A DNA stretch of 61,070 bases, filler included. It is 7 parts of 7 records of this genome, joined end to end, with 100 filler letters (N's around TTAATTAATTAA, not from the genome) between each part and the next. Parts side by side here need not be neighbours in the genome. Positions count along the whole stretch, not along the records: positions 16,977 to 26,368 come from SRR31156797_29747; positions 26,469 to 34,593 come from SRR31156797_29772; 5 more parts are not named here. One strand, 5' to 3'. Positions 19,836 through 30,484 of this stretch are shown in pieces (the first letter of the stretch is position 1; each line of letters starts with the position of its first letter). The translations under genes were made by a program, and so were the position numbers. The notes under the pieces were generated by a model. The model was not told where the DNA came from. It worked only from the letters and a program-made list of their open reading frames with translations, and did not search any database.

Positions 19836-21614
19836 ATGAAAAATATAATAAAACTTTTGGTTCTTGTACTATTGTTTACAGCCTGTGAGGATTTATTCGA
19901 ACCGGCTCTCGAAAACAATCGTGACCTCGATGCCATGTATAATGAACCTACCTATGCGCAAGGTATTTTAGCAAATGCATATATTCTTCTTCCGTATTCC
20001 TCCTCGCCTAAAAGCGATGTGGCTACCGATGATGCAGTAAGCAATGACAATAGTAACGATTACCTGGCGATGGCCACCGGTGCCTGGACCTCGAGTACTA
20101 ATCCAGTGTCTCAGTGGCAGGGACGTAGAAATGCAATTCAGTATTTGAATATATTTTTACAAAATGCCGATGAAGTAGTATGGAGTAACGATGAACTGGT
20201 TCGAACAATGTACAACGATCGTTTAAAAGGTGAAGCTTACGGATTGAGAGCTGTTCAAATGTATTACCTTTTATTGGCTCATGGAGGTTATTCCGAAAGC
20301 GGTCAGTTATTAGGAGTACCGGTTTTAACCGAACCCGAAACAGCTTCTTCAGATTTTGACGTTTCTCGAAATACCTTGCAAGAGTGTGTTGACCAGATTC
20401 TTGACGACTGTGAGAAAGCGATTGATCTTTTACCACTTGACTATGGTGATATCTCAGATAGTGAAATTCCTTCAAAATACCAGTCCATGGGTGTTACAAG
20501 TGCAGGTGATTATAACCGTGCTAATGGCGACCATTTGCGTGGACGTATTACCGGTCGTATTGTAGAGGCAGTACGTGCTCAGGTTACTTTGCTGGCAGCA
20601 AGCCCGGCATATAATTCGAATTCTGGTGTAACATGGGAAGAGGCTGCTAATTTTGCTGCCGATGTTCTCGACCGGATTTCCGGAGTAAATGGTATGGCTG
20701 AAGATGGTGGTACCTGGTATACCAATACGAGCGAAATCTCAGGATTGGCATCGGGAGAGGTTCCTCCTGAAATTATTTGGAGAAGCAATGTTGGTGAAAG
20801 TAACGATTTGGAAGAAGATAATTTCCCTCCTTCGTTATATGGTAACGGGCTTGTTAATCCTTCTCAAAATTTGGTAGATGCTTTTCCAACGTTAAATGGT
20901 TATCCAATTGATCTGGAGGAAAGCAATTACGATCCTGCCAATCCTTACGAGAATCGTGATCCACGTTTGTCGAAATACATTGTTGTAAACGGAAGTGTTC
21001 AAGGACCAAACGACGATGAAATTATTACCGGTACTTATGGAACAAATAACGATGCAATTAATGCGGAAAGTGGCCTATCTACTCGAACAGGATATTATTT
21101 GCGTAAATTGCTAAGAAAAGATTGTAATCCTGATCCTCAGTACGATACAGAGCAAAGGCATTATACTGCACGAATTCGTTATACCGAGGTATTTCTGGCT
21201 TATGCTGAAGCAGCCAACGAAGCTTGGGGACCAACAGGAACCGGATCAAACTCATACTCCGCTTACGATATAATTAAAGCAATTCGGGAAAGAGCAGGCA
21301 TTGGTTCTGAGAATAACGATGCTTACCTGGAGTCAGTTAAAGCCGATCAGGATAAAATGAGAGAATTGATCAGAAATGAAAGAAGACTGGAACTTTGTTT
21401 CGAAAACCATCGTTTCTGGGATTTGCGCCGCTGGAAAGTATCAAATTTGAATGAAACAGCCTCAGGAATGCAAATCGATAAAAATAATGGGACTTTAGAT
21501 TATTCGTCGATTGATGTAGAGTCCAGAAATTATAAAGATTATATGTACTACGGTCCTATACCATACGACGAAGTGCAGAAATGGAGTAACCTGGAGCAAA
21601 ACGCCGGTTGGTAA
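19836..21614 (+). CDS. susD: SusD/RagB-family lipoprotein
   Basis: Lipobox FTAC; RDPRL, TGYYLRK, RYTEVFLAYAEA, IRNERRLELCFENHRFWDLRRW, QNAGW. Confidence 0.95.
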   Translation: MKNIIKLLVLVLLFTACEDLFEPALENNRDLDAMYNEPTYAQGILANAYILLPYSSSPKSDVATDDAVSNDNSNDYLAMATGAWTSSTNPVSQWQGRRNAIQYLNIFLQNADEVVWSNDELVRTMYNDRLKGEAYGLRAVQMYYLLLAHGGYSESGQLLGVPVLTEPETASSDFDVSRNTLQECVDQILDDCEKAIDLLPLDYGDISDSEIPSKYQSMGVTSAGDYNRANGDHLRGRITGRIVEAVRAQVTLLAASPAYNSNSGVTWEEAANFAADVLDRISGVNGMAEDGGTWYTNTSEISGLASGEVPPEIIWRSNVGESNDLEEDNFPPSLYGNGLVNPSQNLVDAFPTLNGYPIDLEESNYDPANPYENRDPRLSKYIVVNGSVQGPNDDEIITGTYGTNNDAINAESGLSTRTGYYLRKLLRKDCNPDPQYDTEQRHYTARIRYTEVFLAYAEAANEAWGPTGTGSNSYSAYDIIKAIRERAGIGSENNDAYLESVKADQDKMRELIRNERRLELCFENHRFWDLRRWKVSNLNETASGMQIDKNNGTLDYSSIDVESRNYKDYMYYGPIPYDEVQKWSNLEQNAGW

Positions 21615-21647
21615 TCTCCTGAAGTACAAACGATAAAAATTGAAAAA

Positions 21648-22682
21648 ATGAAACAATTTAAATTTTTAACGATATTATCTGCCGGACTGATTTCATTAAT
21701 GATAATGTCTTGTGAAAACCAGGATATTGAATTTCCTGATTACGATTATAGTACAGTCTATTTTGCATACCAATATCCAATAAGAACACTGGTGCTTGGA
21801 GAGACGACTGTTGATAATACACTCGATAATGAGCATAAGTGCTCGATATTTGCAACAATGGGTGGGGTTTATGAAAATACTCAACGTATTGATATTGATA
21901 TAGAAGTGGATGGAACGCTTTGTAATAATTTATATTTCGATGAAGGTTTGACAACTCCGGTTGAGGTGATGCCATCAAACTATTATTCTTTAGCGACAAA
22001 TCAAATAACTTTAGACGGAACATTGTCGGATGGAGTTGAGGTACAATTATCTGATGCTTTCTTTGCCGATTCTGCTGCATTAATCAATACCTATGTAATC
22101 CCGTTACGTATGACTAGTGTTTCAAATGCTGATTCTATATTATCAGGCCAGGCGAAGTATGATGGTGCTGTTAGTGCTAATGAATCAGATTGGGATGTTC
22201 TTCCAAAAAATTATGTCTTGTATTGTGTGAAATATGTTAATCCGTGGCATGCCAACTATTTGCGTCGTGGAAAAGATGTAATAACAGAGAATGGTGCTAG
22301 CACAACAGTTGTTAGGCATGAAGAATACGTGGAATATGATGAGGTTGTTAGTATGACAACAGTATCATTAAAATCTGTTGAGTTTCCGGTTGATGTAGTT
22401 AATACTAGTGGAACAAACGAAACTTGTACATTGTTGCTTACTTTTAATGATAACGATGAATGTACTATTTCTACAGAAACTACTGGTTATTCGGCTTCGG
22501 GCAGCGGAACTTTTGTTTCAGAAGGTGAAAAAAATAGTTGGGGGAATAAGGATCGAAGTGCGATTTATATTGACTATACCATTGAAATGGAAGGTAAATC
22601 ATATGCTACTAAAGATACTCTGGTTGTACGTGACCGAGGCATTACAATGGAGACTTTTACTCCAACTTATAACGATAACTAA
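21648..22682 (+). CDS. PUL surface lipoprotein (DUF1735/DUF5627-like)
   Basis: Lipobox IMSC; VYFAYQYPIRTL, YVIPLRM, YVNPWHANYLRRG; lies between susD and GH10. Confidence 0.75.
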   Translation: MKQFKFLTILSAGLISLMIMSCENQDIEFPDYDYSTVYFAYQYPIRTLVLGETTVDNTLDNEHKCSIFATMGGVYENTQRIDIDIEVDGTLCNNLYFDEGLTTPVEVMPSNYYSLATNQITLDGTLSDGVEVQLSDAFFADSAALINTYVIPLRMTSVSNADSILSGQAKYDGAVSANESDWDVLPKNYVLYCVKYVNPWHANYLRRGKDVITENGASTTVVRHEEYVEYDEVVSMTTVSLKSVEFPVDVVNTSGTNETCTLLLTFNDNDECTISTETTGYSASGSGTFVSEGEKNSWGNKDRSAIYIDYTIEMEGKSYATKDTLVVRDRGITMETFTPTYNDN

Positions 22683-22699
22683 TCCAAAAAATCTAGATT

Positions 22700-24865
22700 A
22701 TGAAATATATTAAGAAATTTTGGGTGGGAGCTCTTGCTTTAGTGGCATTGGTATCCTGCAAAGATTATATAACACCGGAATATACTGTGGAGAAACCTGC
22801 CAGTATTGCTGCCTTAGAATATCTGGATGATTACGATGTTTTGAAAAACTATGTTGATCGCGATGCCAACCCGGATTTTATACTTGGGGCTGGTGTATCG
22901 CTAAGTGGTTTTAATGAACAAGGATTGATTTATAGTCATGCCGTTTCGAATTTTGATGAAATAACGGCCGGTTGGGCAATGAAGCATGCAGCAGTTGTTC
23001 AAGACGATGGTAGTCTTGACCTGTCGAAAGTTGAAAAATTTGTCGCTGCTGCCCAGGAGGGGGGAGTTAGCGTATATGGGCATACATTAACGTGGCATTC
23101 CAATCAAAATGCCGATTACCTGTATTCCACAATCGCGCCAACCATTATTCCGGCAGTTGGTGGCCCCGCATGGGAATCGATTGGTTCAGCCGATTTTGAT
23201 ACCGACGATGCTTCGAACTACGAATACAACAGCAATGCTCAAGTTAGTTTTACAGCTGATGGCGAAGGCGCTGATGGAACAGGAAGGGCAATAAAAATAA
23301 CCAATGCCGAAGTTCAGGAAAATGACTGGAACACCCAGTTCTTTTTATCGCTCGATGAAACATTGGTTGAAGGAGAATCTTACCGAATTTCGGTGGATGT
23401 GAAAGCCGATGATGCAGTTACATTTGGCACACAGGCACATGTGGTACCTTATCAGTACAAACACTGGAAGTTTTTTGGCTCGATTAATGCCACAACCGAG
23501 TGGAGTAATTTTGCTGCAGAAATTGTATGTGATGCAAGTGTTGCAGGAACAGGAGCCTTGGCTTTAAACCTGGGTAAAAATGCCACAACATATTACCTCG
23601 ATAATTTGACTATCGAATGGTTGAATCCGGATGGTGGCGGTGGCCCAACCTGGGATGTAGCCTCAGAAAATGACTTTGAAACTGATGATGCTTCAAATTA
23701 TGAATTTAGCAGTAATGCAACGGGTAGTTTTTCTGCCGACGGTGAAGGTGCTGAAGGTAATGGTAGAGCACTAATCGTAAATAATGCAGAGGTGCGAGCA
23801 GACGATTGGAGATCACAATTCTTTTTTACTTTTCCAACACCAACGGAAGTTGGGCAAAAGTTTATTTTAAGCATGGATGTGAAAGCTGATGAAGCTTGTT
23901 CTTTTTCAACTCAGGCACATACAACTCCCGGGGCGTACAAACACTGGAGCTTTTTCGGCTCAATAAGTGCAACAACCGAGTGGTCTAATTTTATTAAAGA
24001 GATAGAAATATCTGATAAAACATCCGAATGTACTGCTATTGCTTTTAACCTTGGTAATACTGCAACCAACTATTATTTCGATAATATCAAGCTAACGTGG
24101 TATAATGAAGATGGAGGTGGAGAACAAATTATTGAAATGACCGCAGAAGAGAAAAAGGATACCATACAAAGTGAATTGGAAAGATGGATTTCGGGAATGA
24201 TGGAAGTTACAAAAGACTACGTTAAAGCTTGGGATGTTGTTAATGAGCCAATGGATGACGGTAGCCCTTACGAATTAAAAACAGGAGTTGGTACAGAAGA
24301 GGATTCAGATCATTTCTACTGGCAGGACTATTTAGGTAAAGATTATGCTGTTGAAGCTTTTAACCTGGCCAGAACCTATGGAAATTCTGATGATATACTC
24401 TTTATAAACGATTACAATTTAGAATATAATATCGACAAATGTAAAGGGCTTATTCAGTATGTTGAATATATTGAAAGCAAAGGTGTAGTTGTTGATGGTA
24501 TTGGTACTCAGATGCATGTTAGTATTAATTCTGATAAGGATAAAATTGCTGAGATGTTTACCCTTCTAGCAGCAACCGGTAAAATAATTAAGATATCGGA
24601 ACTGGATATAGGTTTGGGTGGTGTTAAAACTGCCGATGCTACAGATGAACAGTATGTTGCACAGGAAGAGATGTATAATTATATTGTAAACAAGTACTTC
24701 GAGCTTATTCCTGAAAGTCAGCGATACGGAATTACCATTTGGAGTCCTACAGATAGCCCTGAAAGTTCGAGTTGGAGAGCTGGAGAGCCTATCGGTCTTT
24801 GGACAGAATCTTATTATCGGAAAAGGGCATATGCTGGTGTTGCAGATGCACTTTCTGAGAACTAG
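22700..24865 (+). CDS. Endo-1,4-beta-xylanase GH10 lipoprotein interrupted by two CBM4-like modules (Xyn10C type)
   Basis: Lipobox LVSC; GHTLTWHS, two tandem modules, WDVVNEP (acid/base), DGIGTQMH, ISELDI (nucleophile). Confidence 0.92.
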   Translation: MKYIKKFWVGALALVALVSCKDYITPEYTVEKPASIAALEYLDDYDVLKNYVDRDANPDFILGAGVSLSGFNEQGLIYSHAVSNFDEITAGWAMKHAAVVQDDGSLDLSKVEKFVAAAQEGGVSVYGHTLTWHSNQNADYLYSTIAPTIIPAVGGPAWESIGSADFDTDDASNYEYNSNAQVSFTADGEGADGTGRAIKITNAEVQENDWNTQFFLSLDETLVEGESYRISVDVKADDAVTFGTQAHVVPYQYKHWKFFGSINATTEWSNFAAEIVCDASVAGTGALALNLGKNATTYYLDNLTIEWLNPDGGGGPTWDVASENDFETDDASNYEFSSNATGSFSADGEGAEGNGRALIVNNAEVRADDWRSQFFFTFPTPTEVGQKFILSMDVKADEACSFSTQAHTTPGAYKHWSFFGSISATTEWSNFIKEIEISDKTSECTAIAFNLGNTATNYYFDNIKLTWYNEDGGGEQIIEMTAEEKKDTIQSELERWISGMMEVTKDYVKAWDVVNEPMDDGSPYELKTGVGTEEDSDHFYWQDYLGKDYAVEAFNLARTYGNSDDILFINDYNLEYNIDKCKGLIQYVEYIESKGVVVDGIGTQMHVSINSDKDKIAEMFTLLAATGKIIKISELDIGLGGVKTADATDEQYVAQEEMYNYIVNKYFELIPESQRYGITIWSPTDSPESSSWRAGEPIGLWTESYYRKRAYAGVADALSEN
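23159..24120 (+). repeat. Intragenic tandem duplication (two modules of about 160 aa) within the GH10 gene
   Basis: DFDTDDASNYEY/DFETDDASNYEF, ADGEGA, DVKADD/DVKADE, YKHWKFFGSI/YKHWSFFGSI, TTEWSNF all occur twice. Confidence 0.85.
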
Positions 24866-24888
24866 TTTAATCGTTCATAATAGTAAAT

Positions 24889-24924
24889 AACAGAGAGGTA
24901 TTTTATGATCTCTCTGTTTTTTTT
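24889..24924 (+). terminator. Rho-independent terminator after GH10
   Basis: AACAGAGAGGT...ATCTCTCTGTT followed by a T tract. Confidence 0.75.
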
Positions 24925-24960
24925 CATTTTTAATATAAGGGAGTAAGAAATAATTGTAGA

Positions 24961-26368
24961 ATGAAGAAATATTTTATTTGGGGGTGTGGAATCTTATTCA
25001 TGTTCCTTATAGCTTGCAGTGAAGAACAGGAAGTATTGGATATTACCGATTCACTCTCATTTGATGAAGATACTTTAGAAGATGAGGAATTGCTTAAAGA
25101 GGGAGGAACGGTTTATTTAAAGGTTAAGTGGGAAAATGTAAAATGGAATATTACTGCCGGGGATGTAATAAAAGGGCAGTCCTTTATTTCAAATATCTCT
25201 CCTGATCATGGTGGTTATGTGAATGGAGAATCCGGTACAACAACTGTTGTTTTGGTATACAGTTTTAATACGAATGCTAATATAAACCGTCAGCAACTCA
25301 TTTTAAACTCGGAGAATAATGAGCTTAGCGATACGCTTATTTTAACCCAGGCATCTAATCCGGTTCAAAAAATGAATGTTACGTTAAAACCAGATATGAC
25401 GTACCAAACCATTGCTGGTTTTGGAGGATGTAATAGTGTTTTTAGGGGATCGGCAAATTATCCCAATGCAACCGATATACAAAAGGCTTTTGGTACAGGA
25501 GATGGGGAACTTGGTCTTTCTATATTCAGGGTAAGTATTCCTACAGATGACTCGAGATGGGCAGCAGTTGCTAAAGTAGCCGGTTATGCGCACCAGCTGG
25601 ATGCAAAAGTTTTTGCAACTCCGTGGGATGCTCCGGAAGAGCTGCGGGATTCGGAGAATGAAGAAGAACGGGTCCTTCTCCCATCAAAATATGGTGATTA
25701 TGTCAATCATCTCAACAGCTTTGATACCTATATGAGTAACAATGGCGTTGACCTATATGCAATATCTGTTCAAAACGAACCTGATATCGGAGACTGGACT
25801 CAGTGGACTCCCGAAGAGGTTTATGATTTTATGAAAAATTATGCAAATGATATCAATCATAGTAGGGTAATAACTCCTGAGTCATTTAATTTTAATCGGA
25901 AATATTACAATGACTTGTTAGCCGATGAAGAAACCCGGGCTAATTTTGAAATTGTAGGTGGCCATATTTATGGAAATGGATTGGGAGAAATTCCAGCCGC
26001 TGAACAGTATGGGAAAGAGATTTGGATGACTGAATATTTATTAAATGAATATACCGGTGATTTTGAAAACTCTGATACGCCCTGGGCCGATATCCCGGAT
26101 GATGAGGTTTGGGAACAAAGTATTGACATGCTTATTTCTGTACATGAAGCCATGATGTCGAATTGGAATGCGTACATTTGGTGGTATCTAAAACGATATT
26201 ACTCTTTTATTGGTGATGGTTTAGAAGGTTCTGTAGATGGTGAAGTTCTTAAGAGAGGATATGCATTCTCTCATTTCTCAAAGTTTATCCGACCAGGATA
26301 TGTAAGAATTGGGACACAGGTTGAGGATGCTTCAACAGGACTACTGATCAGTGCCTACAAAGGAGAGA
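24961..26368 (+). CDS. GH30 glycoside hydrolase lipoprotein (xylanase-like) with N-terminal Ig/BACON-like region; 3'-partial
   Basis: Lipobox LIAC; YQTIAGFGG, LGLSIFRV, FATPW, ISVQNEPD, GHIYG, IWMTE, NAYIWWY, FSKFIRPG. Confidence 0.87.
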
Positions 26369-26468
26369 NNNNNNNNNNNNNNNNNNNNNNNNNNNNNNNN
26401 NNNNNNNNNNNNTTAATTAATTAANNNNNNNNNNNNNNNNNNNNNNNNNNNNNNNNNNNNNNNNNNNN
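26369..26468. other. Artificial contig spacer
   Basis: N44-TTAATTAATTAA-N44. Confidence 0.99.
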
Positions 26469-26472
26469 AAAG

Positions 26473-26964
26473 ATGAAAACTAGATTATTTATTTTAACCA
26501 TTTGTGTAGCACTTTTAAGCCTGGGTGCCAATGCAAAACTAAGAGACGGAAAAGCCCTTACCGGCAATTCTCTTACCGAGTTTGGAAAATATACCATTGT
26601 AAAATCTGATGCCCCTATGGTGTTGGAAGATAAAGTGGTTGATACATACGATTTAATGTATGAAAATACCAATCAAACTGTTCGAATTGGTGTTTTATGC
26701 GAAAAAGATTGTACAAGTTTTGTGGTTCGTTCCGACGAGTTTGAAACAGAATATACGTGTAATAAAGGTGTGTTTGGTGTTAAAAAAATTGAAAAGAGAT
26801 TTCAAACATTACCGCAGGAAAGCAATAACGAGAAACTGAATAAAGTAAGTTATTACGCACAAAGGGTAATTTGTCAGAATAAGAAAAGTGAAGACGAATT
26901 GCTGGGATTAATAGCATGTTATTTCCCAAATCTTGTAAACGACGAATATCAGGCATCGTTCTGA
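26473..26964 (+). CDS. Hypothetical secreted protein (163 aa)
   Basis: Classical signal peptide ending ANA; no family recognised. Confidence 0.75.
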   Translation: MKTRLFILTICVALLSLGANAKLRDGKALTGNSLTEFGKYTIVKSDAPMVLEDKVVDTYDLMYENTNQTVRIGVLCEKDCTSFVVRSDEFETEYTCNKGVFGVKKIEKRFQTLPQESNNEKLNKVSYYAQRVICQNKKSEDELLGLIACYFPNLVNDEYQASF

Positions 26965-27006
26965 AAAATATACAGCGCAATTTTTTCATAGAAATATGAA
27001 AAGATC

Positions 27007-27036
27007 AAGCCCCTGTCAGAGGATGGGGGCTTTTTT
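27007..27036 (+). terminator. Rho-independent terminator (first of three consecutive hairpins)
   Basis: AAGCCCCTGTC-AGAG-GATGGGGGCTT followed by a T tract. Confidence 0.7.
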
Positions 27037-27291
27037 ATTCGAAAAATTAAAGAGGTAAAAAGCTTTCGCGGTGTGAGGAACCGCGGATTTTGAATTTCAA
27101 TTCTAAACCCTGTGCCAGAAGGTGCAGGGTTTTTCAATGAACGGCAGCTTTTTTACTGTCAAACGGTATTTATTGTCTGTAAATCACCAATTTATTTTTC
27201 CTTTCAAACAACAATTCAGAGATTATAGTTTTATTAAAATCCTTTATGTTTCTATATTTAAGGAAAACTAAAGTCAGATGAATCAATAATA

Positions 27292-28317
27292 ATGGAAAAA
27301 TACCTCAGTAAACGATTTTTTACACATTTTTTGTTTTGGCTGTTTTATGTTCTTTTTTTCGGTCTTATTTATGGGAAATACGGAAACGATTATAAATGGT
27401 ATTTTATTGAATCGCTGTGTATGTTGCCTTTTATTATGCTCGCAACGTATTCTATAATTTATGGAATTTTACCCTATTATCTGAAAAAACGAAAACTGTT
27501 GAAAACCGTCGTATTGGTAGCAACCATCCTTTTTATTGCCACATTGGGCGAACGTATTTTTCTTCGGTTACTAAACTCGTTACCGTTAACATTCGATACT
27601 CTTTTTGGAATTACTTTTTTGTATCTTTTGTTGGAAACCAATTTTATGGTTGCCATAGCTTTTGCTGTTAAAGTGCTAAAAAAATGGATTGAGCAGCAAA
27701 AAGAAAAACATGAAATGGAGAAGAAAAATTTGGAAACAGAACTCAATTTATTAAAGGCACAGTTGCATCCGCATTTTTTATTTAATACTATGAATAATTT
27801 ATATGCTTTGTCTATTGAAAAATCTTCGGAGACATCGGAAGGGATTGCAAAAATATCGGCATTGCTAAGGTCAGTTTTGTACGAATGTAACGAACCGGAG
27901 ATTGAGCTAAACAAAGAAATAAGTCTGATAAAAGATTTTATCGATTTGGAAAAAATGAGGTATAGTAACCGGTTAAATCTGGAATTTAATGTTTCAGGAA
28001 CAATTGAAAATAAAAAAGTTCCGCCAATGCTGCTATTTACTTTTGTTGAAAACTGTTTTAAACATGGAAGCCGCAACGATCCTGAAAATCCAATAATAAA
28101 AATTAACCTGACCGGTTCAAATAAAAGTATAATTTTTGAAGCCGAAAACAGCATTCCAAAGTCGATAAAAAAGGAAAATAAAGCGGAAGGTGGAATCGGA
28201 CTTCAAAATGTAAAAAAAAGACTCAGTTTAATTTATGGCGACAGGTTCGACTTAAAAATAAAGAAAGAAAAATGTACTTTTAAGGTTAGGTTAGTAATTA
28301 TTTGTCAGGATGAATAA
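27292..28317 (+). CDS. LytS/YehU-type membrane sensor histidine kinase 1
   Basis: About four TM segments; LKAQLHPHFLFNTMNNLY H-box, FVENCFKHG N-box, GGIGLQNV G-box. Confidence 0.93.
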   Translation: MEKYLSKRFFTHFLFWLFYVLFFGLIYGKYGNDYKWYFIESLCMLPFIMLATYSIIYGILPYYLKKRKLLKTVVLVATILFIATLGERIFLRLLNSLPLTFDTLFGITFLYLLLETNFMVAIAFAVKVLKKWIEQQKEKHEMEKKNLETELNLLKAQLHPHFLFNTMNNLYALSIEKSSETSEGIAKISALLRSVLYECNEPEIELNKEISLIKDFIDLEKMRYSNRLNLEFNVSGTIENKKVPPMLLFTFVENCFKHGSRNDPENPIIKINLTGSNKSIIFEAENSIPKSIKKENKAEGGIGLQNVKKRLSLIYGDRFDLKIKKEKCTFKVRLVIICQDE

Positions 28318-29404
28318 ACTAATTTTTGAAAATAGTTTTAAATACCGGTTCTCAAGGCATATAATTTTTTTTCTGATAATGGTATTTGCCTTTACCGCCA
28401 TTTTATTTGTTCAAAATGGTGAAGGAAGTTTTATTCAAACCTTTTGGGTAACGTTTTTGAATGCACTTTTCTTTTTTGGATACGCATATATTACCATCTT
28501 TCTTTTAATTCCGGAATATCTTTTAAAAAGAAATATTCTTTGGTTTATTTTACTGTTTTTTATTATTGGAATTGGACTTTCTGCTTTAAAACTGGTTGTT
28601 TCCGATTTTATCTTTTATTCCACTATTTCTCCCGAAAATATTGAACATTCGGGAATAATGAACCTGCGGTTTATTGTAGTGAATACAAAAGACATGACCT
28701 TTATTGTGGCCCTTTATTGTATCGGTAAATATTTGAAAGATTATTTGTACGCCGAACGCATTCGTAAAAAACTGGAAGTTCAAAATAAAGATGCCCAGGG
28801 GAAATTACTTCAATCGCAATTCGATCCTCATTTTTTGTTTAATACCATTAATAATTTATATGCACTTTCATTGTTAAATCCGCTAAAAACAAAAAATGTT
28901 GTGTCGCGAATAAAAATTGTACTGCATTATATTATTGAAGAAAGCCAAAAAAACCTGGTTGAACTTCAGGATGAAATATCGCTGGTCGAAAACTATATTC
29001 AGTTGGAACAGCTGCGCTACGGAAAACGATTAAAAGTTGAATTCAGTAAAACGGGCGAAAACAGATTTGTAAAGATTCCGCCAATGGTTTTGTTTTTTTT
29101 GGTAGAAAACAGTTTTAAGCACGGAAGTAGCCTCGACGCAGGAACCCCCTGGATCTCAATTCATGCAAGTGTAGTGCCAGGAAAAATTTTCTTTTCTGTT
29201 GAAAACAGTAAGCCAAAAACTATAATCGAAGAAGATATTAAAGAAAGCAGCGGACATGGTTTAAAGAATTTAAAAAGACGATTAGATATGATGTATTCAA
29301 AAAACGGATACAAATTGAAAATAGAAAATAAAAAAACTTCGTTTAACGTAAAATTGGAATTAAAAGAAGCTGAGGTTGAAATTGGCAGGAAGAAATATCG
29401 ATAA
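28310..29404 (+). CDS. LytS/YehU-type membrane sensor histidine kinase 2
   Basis: SQFDPHFLFNTINNLY, LVENSFKHG, GHGLKNL; overlaps the end of kinase 1. Confidence 0.92.
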   Translation: MNKLIFENSFKYRFSRHIIFFLIMVFAFTAILFVQNGEGSFIQTFWVTFLNALFFFGYAYITIFLLIPEYLLKRNILWFILLFFIIGIGLSALKLVVSDFIFYSTISPENIEHSGIMNLRFIVVNTKDMTFIVALYCIGKYLKDYLYAERIRKKLEVQNKDAQGKLLQSQFDPHFLFNTINNLYALSLLNPLKTKNVVSRIKIVLHYIIEESQKNLVELQDEISLVENYIQLEQLRYGKRLKVEFSKTGENRFVKIPPMVLFFLVENSFKHGSSLDAGTPWISIHASVVPGKIFFSVENSKPKTIIEEDIKESSGHGLKNLKRRLDMMYSKNGYKLKIENKKTSFNVKLELKEAEVEIGRKKYR

Positions 29405-30413
29405 ACTGGAAATGAAATTGCATGCCGTTTTTTGGCTGCTTTGGGTAATTTCGTTTACCATAATTCAAAGTTTGGGTTATGAAATGGAACAATATTTTGT
29501 TTGGTTAATGTATTACCTTATTACGTTGCCTGTTTTTATAGTACATACTTATTTAATTGCTTATTTCTTATTACCTCGTTTTTTCTTTAAAAAACAATAC
29601 ATTTTATTCTTAATTGGATTTTTTGCATGCCTGGTTTTATTCTCAGTTCTTGAACTGATAGTGAGCAATGAGCTGGTTTTTAAAATATTCGATCCTTCCA
29701 AATCGTTTGCTTCCGGGTATTTAAATTTTCAGAATATAATAATTAGTGGAATCGGAAACCACTACATAATTCTGGTTTTTTTGGCTATCAAAGTTGGTAG
29801 AATCTGGTATCTCGAAAAAAACAGAAGAGACGAATTGTTGCAATCTACAATGGAAACCGAGCTTGAGATATACCGATACCAGCTGCAACCAAAATTAATT
29901 TTGTCGCTTATGGAGGAATTGGAAAAAATATCCAATACAAAAAGCGATCGATCGCCGGAAATGATTATAAAAATTTCGAATTTTTTAAATCGTTTTTTAT
30001 TTGAAGGCCGTGAAGAACTAATTCCTCTTCAATTGGAAATAAAATTAATAGAAGAATTTTTAGAAGTTCATAAACTGGCTGTTGGAGAACGTTTTGAGAG
30101 TAATTTTATAGTAAGCGGACAATTAAAATCGTATTTGGTTCCGCCATTTATTTTACTGCCATTTTTAAATGAAGCAATAAAACTGGTCTATGAATGTAAC
30201 GATTCGTACGAAAGTACCGTCCTTATAAAAGGGGAAAAAAAGTATCTCCTGTTTTCTTTTTCTTTTTGGAGCGAAAATGAATTCAGGCTTAACGACAATG
30301 ACAATGTAGAAATTACGAAAAGGAGACTAAATTACAGTTTCCCGGGAAAATTCAGACTTGTTGAAAATATCGATGCAAATTTTAGAGAATTTAGCATCGA
30401 GATGTTTCAATAA
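29376..30413 (+). CDS. Degenerate LytS-type kinase paralog 3 (pseudokinase; alternative start 29412)
   Basis: Same layout as kinases 1 and 2, but the H-box reads YQLQPKLILSL, the N-box reads FLNEAIKL and the G-box is absent. Confidence 0.8.
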   Translation: MKLAGRNIDKLEMKLHAVFWLLWVISFTIIQSLGYEMEQYFVWLMYYLITLPVFIVHTYLIAYFLLPRFFFKKQYILFLIGFFACLVLFSVLELIVSNELVFKIFDPSKSFASGYLNFQNIIISGIGNHYIILVFLAIKVGRIWYLEKNRRDELLQSTMETELEIYRYQLQPKLILSLMEELEKISNTKSDRSPEMIIKISNFLNRFLFEGREELIPLQLEIKLIEEFLEVHKLAVGERFESNFIVSGQLKSYLVPPFILLPFLNEAIKLVYECNDSYESTVLIKGEKKYLLFSFSFWSENEFRLNDNDNVEITKRRLNYSFPGKFRLVENIDANFREFSIEMFQ

Positions 30414-30484
30414 AGTTGTAATTAATAGAATAAGAAAACGACAAATGAAGAAGCTATAGTATTTTTAAGCTAACCCAAAGTGCC

